From assembly GCA_938075675.1 (NCBI GenBank), contig CALJHE010000022.1, positions 8,135-72,134 of the forward strand: 64,000 bases of DNA, written 5' to 3'. Under the pieces are notes generated by a model, which searched no databases, was not told the origin of the DNA, and saw only the letters and a list, made by a program, of their open reading frames with translations. A program made the translations under genes and the position numbers. Positions 8,238-17,000 of this stretch are shown here, piece by piece. Each line of letters begins with the position of its first letter. Within the stretch, counting starts at the first letter, position 1. The stretch comes from Candidatus Poseidoniaceae archaeon (GTDB lineage: Archaea > Thermoplasmatota > Poseidoniia > Poseidoniales > Poseidoniaceae).

Positions 8238-10355
8238 ATGTCTGGCATAGCACAAAAACTCGCGTCAAACCAAAAGCAAGTCGCCATTTCTGAGTTTTTT
8301 GAGAAAAACAAACACTTCCTCGGATTTGACTCGCTCGCTCGTTCACTCATCACTGCAGTGAAAGAAGCCGTAGATAACGCCCTTGACGCATGTGAAGAAG
8401 CTCGAATCTTACCAACCATTCGCATTCAAATTACAAAGTTAGATCCAAAGAAGGACATCATCAAACTCATTGTCGAAGACAACGGACCTGGAATCCCACA
8501 AAAAAGCATTGAGAAAGTCTTCGGACAGTTACTGTTCGGTTCTCGTTTCCACGCCATACGGCAATCCCGTGGACAGCAAGGTATCGGAATTACCGGTGTC
8601 GTCATGTATTGTCAACTCACCACCGGCCGAACGACCCACGTTCGCTCAAAAATTGCCACTGAGCCAACAGCCGCCATCGTAGATATCGGCCTCGATACCA
8701 GAAAAAACAAGGCCACGAAAGCAAACGCAGGACGTGAAATGTGGTACAATGAAGATGGCAGTTCCAAAGAACATGGCACCGAAATCACCGCACAAATGAA
8801 AGCGAAATACCAGAAAGGCCGTCAAAGCGTTTGGCAATACCTTCGCATGACAAGTATCGTCAACCCCCACGCAGAAATTATCTTTATCGACCCTGATGGC
8901 GAGAAACATCATTGGACACGAGTGACTGAGCGCTTACCAACCAAGGTCGAAAGCATCAAGCCACACCCACACGGCATTGAACTGGGCCAGTTACAGAGAA
9001 TGGTAGCAGAATCCAACGATCTGAATTTGAACCATTTCCTCTTGAATAATTTCTCTGGCGTAACTAACCGTGCTCGCAAGGAATTATGTCAAGCAGCAGA
9101 ATTGGAAGGCACAAGGAAAATGAAAACCCTCAAGGGCGATGACATACGGAATCTTTTGGAAGCGTTCCAAGGAGAACGGTTGTTCAATGGACAACCGGCA
9201 AAATTGCTCAAACCCCCAACCAATTGTCTATCGCCAATCGAAGAAATCCTCATCAAAAAGGGATTATCGAAAACCATTGACTCCCGTTTCGTAACAACTC
9301 TAACACGGGTCCCCAACGTTACGCAGGGCAATCCTTTCCAAGTCGAAGTCGGTTTAATTTTCGGCGGTTCAATGGCAGGTGACAAACCCGTGGAGATTCT
9401 GAGGTTTGCGAACCGAGTTCCGCTCATGTACCAACAAGGTGGATGTTTACTCACCAAAGCAATCGAGAGTGTTGACTGGCGACAATACGGGTTAGACCAG
9501 GCCGGCGGTAAAGGCGTACCAAAGGGCCCTGCTGCGATTCTCGTTCACCTCGCAAGTACGAACGTCCAATTCACATCTGAAGCAAAAGAAGCGCTTGCTG
9601 ACAACGGCGAAGTTATGGAGGAAGCCCGTAAAGCTATGCTGGAAATGGGAAGAGGCTTGAGAAAGCATTTGGAAAAGAAAAAGAAGATGGCAAAGACGAA
9701 GGAAAAGTTCGAACTCATTAACGATATCTTGCCAGCGATTGCAGAGAAATCTGCTCAACTGCTGAACCGTCCAGTCCCTGAACTCTCTGGCTCGATAACC
9801 AAAATCATGTCAGCCGTAATCAGTGAATCCACAACCGTATGGAATAAAGAAACTAAGCAGACCGATGTTGATATTGTTCTGTTCAATTATACCACTCGGC
9901 CGCGTGCCTATACCATCCTAGCAACATGGCCTGAGAAGGCGGGTGCTAAGATGGAAAACAACGATACTGGGGGGCGGAAAGAAGCACTCGGAGTATGGGC
10001 TTGGAAACTCGAAGCCTTGCAACCAGGAGAAAGGAAAAACATCACTTACAGCCTAAGTGGGCTTGAACGCGGAGATTGGACAGATACTGAGATTCTGTTC
10101 CGAGGAGCGCAAGATGTAATTGGGGCGACAAAAATGGATGAAAAGTTCTTGCAAGAAATTCGTCGACAAGAGCAGTTATTGCTTGAAGATGAAAGTGGGG
10201 GTGCTCAATCCGAGCCAACCACGAAGGAATCTTCCCCCGAACCAACTCCCAAAGTAGCCCCAATTGCAGAAACTCCACCCGTTGCTGCTGAAATTGTTGA
10301 GCCTGCCGTTGCGCCCCCAGAGGGCCAACGTACTTTGTTTGGAGGTGATGTTTGA
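8238..10355 (+). CDS. top6B: DNA topoisomerase VI subunit B
   Basis: Bergerat ATPase fold motifs (EAVDNALDA, VEDNGPGIP, GQQGIG), transducer domain; ~70-aa low-complexity Pro/Glu/Ala C-terminal tail. Confidence 0.9.
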   Translation: MSGIAQKLASNQKQVAISEFFEKNKHFLGFDSLARSLITAVKEAVDNALDACEEARILPTIRIQITKLDPKKDIIKLIVEDNGPGIPQKSIEKVFGQLLFGSRFHAIRQSRGQQGIGITGVVMYCQLTTGRTTHVRSKIATEPTAAIVDIGLDTRKNKATKANAGREMWYNEDGSSKEHGTEITAQMKAKYQKGRQSVWQYLRMTSIVNPHAEIIFIDPDGEKHHWTRVTERLPTKVESIKPHPHGIELGQLQRMVAESNDLNLNHFLLNNFSGVTNRARKELCQAAELEGTRKMKTLKGDDIRNLLEAFQGERLFNGQPAKLLKPPTNCLSPIEEILIKKGLSKTIDSRFVTTLTRVPNVTQGNPFQVEVGLIFGGSMAGDKPVEILRFANRVPLMYQQGGCLLTKAIESVDWRQYGLDQAGGKGVPKGPAAILVHLASTNVQFTSEAKEALADNGEVMEEARKAMLEMGRGLRKHLEKKKKMAKTKEKFELINDILPAIAEKSAQLLNRPVPELSGSITKIMSAVISESTTVWNKETKQTDVDIVLFNYTTRPRAYTILATWPEKAGAKMENNDTGGRKEALGVWAWKLEALQPGERKNITYSLSGLERGDWTDTEILFRGAQDVIGATKMDEKFLQEIRRQEQLLLEDESGGAQSEPTTKESSPEPTPKVAPIAETPPVAAEIVEPAVAPPEGQRTLFGGDV

Positions 10356-11452
10356 TGTCAAGAATGCACACACCCGAAGAAACGAAAGCGGCCATGCATG
10401 AAGTCGTCGCAGAAATGTACGACCGTATAGTCAAAGGCGAACCTCCTACAATGACGCTGCCCGTTCGAACAAAGAACAACATTGGCTTTGACAAGAAACT
10501 CGGCGTTTACAAATATGGGAAGAAGCAATCGATTCGCGATGCAACGAGTCTGGGCTCAGCCAAGCAATTGTTGCGTGCTCTTCACGTCGTCGAATTTATT
10601 GAGGAAATGCTGGATGCTGGAAAATCCTCCACCTTGAGAGAAATGTACTATATTTCTGAGAGTTGGGGTATGGGTAAGTTTGGAAGTCAAAACGATTCGA
10701 ATAACCTAGCAGAAGATTTGGAAATTGTAACAAAGTGTTTGCGTGAAGATTTCAAATTACGTCCGGAAGAAGACGGTGCTCGAATGATTGGAAACCTCAC
10801 ATTGCGTGAGAGAAACCGTCGAGGTGAATGGATGAGAATTAACGCTCGCGACGATGTTGGAGATTCTGGCTATGGAGTGCCGTACAACGTTGAACTCGAA
10901 AAAATTGAACTTCTTGAGCACGATATCGATTTCATCATGGCCATCGAAACAGGTGGTATGTTTGACCGACTTATTGAAAACGGGTTTGATGAGGACTATC
11001 GCTGTGGTCTTTTACACCTCAAGGGTCAACCAGCACGTTCAACTCGACGAATCATGAAGCGAATGAGCGAAGAATGGGATTTACCAGTCGTTGTCTTCCT
11101 TGACGGCGATCCATGGTCGTTCAGAATCTTTGCATCCATCGCTTATGGCGCAATCAAGACTGCACATATTTCCGAATACTTAGCAACGCCATCGGCAACC
11201 TATCTAGGAATCACTGCAGATGACATTGTTGCCTATGATTTGCCGAGTGATGACCTCTCGAAGAAGGACATTGAGGCACTCAATGCAGAACTTTCGGACC
11301 CGAGATTTGCTGACAGTTGGTGGCAAGACCAAATCAACATGATGTTGGAACTCGGAAAGAAGGCTGAACAACAATCCCTAGCAAAGTACGGTCTTGACTT
11401 CGTTACCGAAACCTATCTGCCTGAAAAATTGGCTGAACTGGGATTGGCTTGA
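10355..11452 (+). CDS. top6A: DNA topoisomerase VI subunit A (Spo11 homolog)
   Basis: winged-helix/CAP plus Toprim domains with conserved acidic residues; start overlaps top6B stop (TGATG). Confidence 0.9.
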   Translation: MSRMHTPEETKAAMHEVVAEMYDRIVKGEPPTMTLPVRTKNNIGFDKKLGVYKYGKKQSIRDATSLGSAKQLLRALHVVEFIEEMLDAGKSSTLREMYYISESWGMGKFGSQNDSNNLAEDLEIVTKCLREDFKLRPEEDGARMIGNLTLRERNRRGEWMRINARDDVGDSGYGVPYNVELEKIELLEHDIDFIMAIETGGMFDRLIENGFDEDYRCGLLHLKGQPARSTRRIMKRMSEEWDLPVVVFLDGDPWSFRIFASIAYGAIKTAHISEYLATPSATYLGITADDIVAYDLPSDDLSKKDIEALNAELSDPRFADSWWQDQINMMLELGKKAEQQSLAKYGLDFVTETYLPEKLAELGLA

Positions 11453-11494
11453 GCCGCGCAAGCATTCATTGAGGATGAAGACTGAGGGAACACT

Positions 11495-12562
11495 ATGGCC
11501 GGGAAATCCTCCAAGCGTTCGCCATGGGCGTTACGACTCGGGATTCTCGGTAGTTTGTTGCTCCTTGCCGGTGGCGTTGCACTTACCTTGCAAACCAGTG
11601 CTATAGATTCCATTTATGACCCCCGAGAACGAGCCACCGTTGAAATTGGCATCGGAGGAGATTCGGCAATAATCGAAGTCAACAAGAACGAGTGTTACAT
11701 GGCAGTGGCCTTTTCAAACGCCTCTGACAGTGAAATCGAAATCAAGAAAATCGTTGGTTCAGCGGCTGCAAATGAAGTCATTGTACCTGTCAACTGTTTC
11801 ACTGATTGGACGCCTATGGCCTCTGATGGAGCAACGTTCGAAATTATCGAGGAATGGGTTACCGACGATTCGGGAGAGTTGATGGTAAGCGCTTCGTGTG
11901 AGGAAGCCGACTGCGATGGCCAAGTCGTTTGGATTGTAAATGTTGAAGGTTGGCAAATGGAAATTTTTGACTCAACAGGCCTAACACTGGGCTTCAGTTT
12001 CTGTTGCTTTGGAATAGTTATTCTTCCAATTGCTGCCATAATCGCCTATTCGAATCGAAGCAGAGCCGTTCGTGGAACACTCAATGTCATTGGAAGGGAC
12101 GATGAATTCCTGCGCACGCTACAGGAACAAGACCAGTCAATGGTCGCCCAACACCCAATGCTGGAAAAACTCAAGGAAGAATTGGAACGGCAACAAATGG
12201 CTGAAACTGAAGGGGAACAAGACCAGAAAGATGACTCCTATGTTGACGGCTCAAAAGCCGTTATGCAAGGACAACTTCTGACTACCGAGCAGATCTATGC
12301 TTTGATGCGTGGCGATGTTGAGGAAATGTCTCGCTCGGTTGAAGACCCATTTGCTGATTCCATACCAAAGACTCAATCAAAACGAGTAGAGCCAAAGCAA
12401 GCCAATACCGAACAGATTTCACTGTGGGATATGGGTGGAGATGCACCAAGGGAGTCTGGTCCTACTCAGCGTCCAGCATCGAACGTTTTGAACGAACAAA
12501 CAGCGGTTCGACAGGATAACAGTACCAATTCTAAGGATTGGGCTGAGTGGGACGACATGTGA
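11495..12562 (+). CDS. bitopic membrane protein, extracytoplasmic Cys-containing domain, acidic cytoplasmic tail
   Basis: N-terminal signal-anchor (LGILGSLLLLAGGVAL), second TM mid-protein, D/E/Q-rich C-terminal half. Confidence 0.4.
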   Translation: MAGKSSKRSPWALRLGILGSLLLLAGGVALTLQTSAIDSIYDPRERATVEIGIGGDSAIIEVNKNECYMAVAFSNASDSEIEIKKIVGSAAANEVIVPVNCFTDWTPMASDGATFEIIEEWVTDDSGELMVSASCEEADCDGQVVWIVNVEGWQMEIFDSTGLTLGFSFCCFGIVILPIAAIIAYSNRSRAVRGTLNVIGRDDEFLRTLQEQDQSMVAQHPMLEKLKEELERQQMAETEGEQDQKDDSYVDGSKAVMQGQLLTTEQIYALMRGDVEEMSRSVEDPFADSIPKTQSKRVEPKQANTEQISLWDMGGDAPRESGPTQRPASNVLNEQTAVRQDNSTNSKDWAEWDDM

Positions 12563-12571
12563 GGAAAGGGC

Positions 12572-13174
12572 ATGCGTGAAACGGTCTTTCGATGGGTTGC
12601 TGGATTCATCTGTCTACTGTTGCTGGCTGTTCCGACATTACTGCCACCTCAAACGGTTGAAGACGGTGCAACAGAGCAAGCGATGCTACCCCCATGTGAT
12701 GTAGAAGACGGTATCCCCTTCATTCAAGAGGAGCAAATAACATGTTATTGGGGCATGTCACAAGAGATACTCTCACTTCCAAAAGCCATTGACGCATTGA
12801 ACGTCGATGTGTCCGTGTCTTGGGTACAATCCGGCGTTTGGATTGGTATTGCCGAAGCTTCCGAGGCAGAGAAATGCGATTTGAAAGACGGTTACTACGA
12901 ATGCGATAAAGACAGCATCGACCTTGTTGTTGGCAACCCCTCCTCAGGCGACAATATCAACTGGAAGGCCACCAGTGGAGAATACCGATTTGTCGCAGGC
13001 GGAGACGATACTCAAACGCTTCAGCAATTCGAGGTCGAGTGGGAATACGAGGCATCGCTTGGCGTCTCATCAACAGCCTACATTGTATTTGCCGTGCTGT
13101 TTGGTACATACGCTGCCATAGGTGTGAAAGGGTTCAAAGATCTCGCACAAAAAGCTACTGGGGACAAACTATAG
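12572..13174 (+). CDS. secreted protein with C-terminal membrane anchor
   Basis: signal peptide, Cys-containing ectodomain, C-terminal TM (AYIVFAVLFGTYAAIGV) then KGFKD tail. Confidence 0.4.
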   Translation: MRETVFRWVAGFICLLLLAVPTLLPPQTVEDGATEQAMLPPCDVEDGIPFIQEEQITCYWGMSQEILSLPKAIDALNVDVSVSWVQSGVWIGIAEASEAEKCDLKDGYYECDKDSIDLVVGNPSSGDNINWKATSGEYRFVAGGDDTQTLQQFEVEWEYEASLGVSSTAYIVFAVLFGTYAAIGVKGFKDLAQKATGDKL

Positions 13175-13275
13175 CCTATGCAATAAGGCTCTCCGCCACA
13201 CATGCTCAAACTTCATTTTATTGAAGCACCTGAAGCGACGGCTTCAAAGAGTGGTAGCGTCTAGGTAACTTTGAG

Positions 13276-14040
13276 TTGAGCAGTGTGGAAGATATCGATA
13301 CAGCCCTAACCTTATTGCAAAACAAGTTGCGAAGGCAGATTCTTGAGCGGTTGGTTCGAGAGCCTCACTATCCAATGCAACTAGCGGAATTACTCGGTGT
13401 AAGTCAGCAAGCCATTGGCAAGCACTTGCGCGAACTCGAACGCGGAAACTTTGTCACAAAGATGAAGGTTGCAAGCGAGAAAGGCGGACCTCCACGAATG
13501 ATTTACAGTGTTCAACAATCCATTTCTCTACGTATTGACCTTGGACCTGATTTGTTCCAGTGTGAACAACGCCGGCTTCCCGCCGGTGGACCGATGCGTC
13601 TATCCAATCGGCTACCAAGTTCGACCGAACTGGTTGTCCAATCGGTAAGTGGTAGAAAGAAAATTTCAGTTGGCGAAGGTATGGCGCATATTCAGCATCT
13701 CAATTCAATCCTTGAAGGAATTGATGCGCAACGCGATGCTGTCATCGCACTGCATCAACATATTCGCAACAGAATTTCTGCCGGTGTTGATTCCGATTTC
13801 GAACATTATGAACAACGAACAATGGTTCACAGTCTTATTGAAACTCCGGAGCGTAAACTGAATCTTTCTGACCTGCGCCGTGAATTGCAACTCGGCCAGA
13901 CAGAAATGGCAACCTTACTCGACGAAGTACGCAACAGGCTCGAACGACAACTCGCTGACCGAGCAGGACAAGTTGTGGCAGTACCAAACAATTCGAACCT
14001 ACGGTTTTGGCTCGGCTCACTCCCTCGCAAGAAGGAGTGA
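13276..14040 (+). CDS. winged-helix (ArsR/TrmB-like) transcriptional regulator with C-terminal coiled-coil extension
   Basis: N-terminal HTH: LRRQILERLVREPHYPMQLAELLGVSQQAIGKHLRELERGNFV; TTG/GTG start. Confidence 0.55.
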   Translation: MSSVEDIDTALTLLQNKLRRQILERLVREPHYPMQLAELLGVSQQAIGKHLRELERGNFVTKMKVASEKGGPPRMIYSVQQSISLRIDLGPDLFQCEQRRLPAGGPMRLSNRLPSSTELVVQSVSGRKKISVGEGMAHIQHLNSILEGIDAQRDAVIALHQHIRNRISAGVDSDFEHYEQRTMVHSLIETPERKLNLSDLRRELQLGQTEMATLLDEVRNRLERQLADRAGQVVAVPNNSNLRFWLGSLPRKKE

Positions 14041-14067
14041 AACACCATTTCAGCAATTGTCTTGCTC

Positions 14068-17000
14068 TCAGTCCTCAGCGCCAGCCAAAACCGACACGAG
14101 GGATGATTGCTCAGCCTTTCGATCCAATACAGCTTGTCTGCGTCCACGTCCAACCAAGAACACGACACCGAACAAAGCGATGGTGAGAAGAATTACTGCA
14201 AACGGTAGGGCTGTCTTTCCAACAACTTCACCGGCAACATCGAGAATACCGCCAGTCGATTTGAGTTCTTGTTCAACTGCCTTGACGTTATCGCTCTCAG
14301 AAGATTCGACAATCTCGTTCGAAGGATCAACTACGACGTAAACACCGTGGCTACCAGCAGAGACAGGGTAAAGCAGAACAAGTTCAATTTCCTTGTAATC
14401 TTCAGTGTCATCTGGAGCGAGGAGTGCGCCGATAACTTGCCGCATGACGATGTTTTCGTCAGCACAACCGTTCTTACGGATTTCCTTGGTCGTGTCTGGG
14501 TCAGCTGCATTCTTGTATTCACAGAGTACGATTTCAATGTCTGTTGCGTGAGTGTTTCCATCGTTTTGGAGAACCACTCGGATAGGGATCGTAGTATCCA
14601 CATCTGCAGTGTTATCGGAAACAGAAACTTCAGAGAGAACCAAGTTCGGTGCTCGCAAACGTAATGTAATCACGAATTCGTTGGTGTCAAGACTCTCTGC
14701 TGCCCAAGATGGTGAATCGTCATGGTCGCCGCCATCCAGCATGTTACCCATCTTTGATACGACCTTCAGGCCAATTGGACGGGTGCTTAGAATTGCAGAC
14801 GGGTCAATCTTGACGATTGCAACAACAGGGTAGGTGGTGTAAGCGTCCATCATCGGCATGAAGTAACGGTCTTCCGATTCGAGGTAAATACAGCGGTCAA
14901 CCAAGTCTGCAAATACCACTTCTGGGTCGATTGCAGCATCTTCGTTGCCGGTTGTGGTCTCAATAGAAGCGACCACTTCACAAGGTTCTTCGGTTGTCAA
15001 ATCTGTTCCGATTTGCTTGACGAGTCGCCATTCAACTGCCCATTCCGACAGTGAGCCCATTCCAGGCAATTCGCTCATAACTTGAACATCACCATCGACC
15101 TTTGCGGTGTGGTTGTTCAGGGTCGGCCAGTCTGGGACGTTTCCGTTGTTGGTGATGTTCAACTCGAAACGAACAATCCGTCCAGGAGCAGAGGTCTTCA
15201 CAGCGTTGTCGACTGTGGAATCCATGGAGATTTGCATGTCGTAGAATTCTTCAACATATACAGGAATAGTCTGTACATACCGTAGTCGGGTCAAGCGACC
15301 GCTGGCATCAGGATAGGATTCTTCCGAGAAAGTCTGGAACACGACGGTGTAGACTCCAGATTCAACTTGGTCAGGAACATTCATTGTAACGTCAAAGATT
15401 TGATTGGTATCACGGGAAAGTTCTACCAGATTGCCTCGAGGGACTTCAATGTCCCAGATGACATCAACGCCAGCAGGGTCTGTTACTCGAGCGAGTCGGT
15501 AATCAAAGCGATCAGGACCGTTTCCATGGTTGGTAACGGTGGTCGGTATGATCACTTGTTGTCCCGGGGTCACTGGAAGAACTTCCTGGCCATTGAGAGT
15601 CAGCTTGTCATCGTCTGCGATGTCTGCGCTCGCACTGAGTTGATACACGTGGTTCACATTCGTCGACAGAATCTTTGAAGCGGATATTCTCGGATAACCG
15701 TCAAGGTAAGCTTTGACGATAACCGCTGGACCAAGTCCTGCAGAAGCCTTCGTTGGAGCACACACATCAACGCTCACCTCATAGGTCACGAACTCTGCAC
15801 CAGGAGGTATGTTCCAGTCTCGTGGTTCACTGAGGTCAACCGAGTTGCCGCCTGGAGCATTCGAGAAGTCGAGGCTCAATACCCAGTTATCTTCTCTCCA
15901 AGCATCCATCGAAATGGTATCAGGCTTTTCTTCAGGAGCACCTGGGGTGACGAAGACAAGTTTGCCGGAATCGAAGTTCTTCGTGACATCTATTGGATAA
16001 GTGGCACATTCTCCAGGATCAACGTATTCGCTGGTATCGAACAATTCCATGACGATGTTTCCAGTTGAGCGAATCGACACGAAAACACCGAGTTCAAGCA
16101 CATCGTATGTTCCTTTTTCAATCGACTTAATCGGTTCGCCAGCAGACCATCCCTTAAGATAAATTACGAAGGCTCCGGGGTCTTCAGAGGTTGGAACAAA
16201 GACTTCTAGATTCTTTGTAACCGATTGCCCAGGGTCCAATTCAACGCTGGTTGGGAAGTTGACAGTCCAACCAAACTGAAGCAGCCATTCTTGGCGTCCT
16301 TCAAGCGTATAGGGGTCCCAGAACACGAACTGATCGTTGACGTTACCTGTGTTGGTAATCGTAATCGAAAAGATTGCAGTTTGACCTTGTTCAACGTCAG
16401 CCATGCTGTGTGATGCGTCCAGATTTATGCCGTGTACAACATCCATCAGCGTACGGGTAACGATATCTGATTGGATGGCTGGGTCTTTGTATGATTTCGC
16501 CGTCACCGATATATCGGCAATCTGATCGGCATCAGCCTGGTACACAGATGGAGCTCGAACTCGCATGTAGAAGCGCATGTCTTCTCCGCCTTCGAGGAAG
16601 ATTGCCGTGTCTGGCATGATGGTCGTGTGGTTATCAGCAAAGAACAGGGTGGCAGTCCAGTTTTGTGGAACGCCTGAAATGTTGAGGCCAAATGTATCAG
16701 CGACAAGGTCCTTTGGACCTGGGGTGGAATTGTTCATTGTCATGTTGTAGATGGTTTGCTCACCAGGTTCGATAACGTGGTAGTAGGTTTCTCCATCTTG
16801 GAAATCAACATCGACTTGGCCAGTGAGAACGTGTGAATAACAAATAGTGAAACGGTTATTGTTGGCCTCTTCACCACACTTATTCGTGTCCGACCATGCA
16901 AGGTGCGCACCACTTCCCAAGTCATTTGAAAATGCAGGAGGCATGCCTATGCTCGGCTGACTGCCAGAGCTCGGTCCAAGCTTGTTACTCGCCCATGAGG

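Noticed and set aside
8177-8425. Minus-strand 82-aa ORF across the top6B start
   Set aside because: It is antisense to the well-supported top6B N-terminus and has no independent features.
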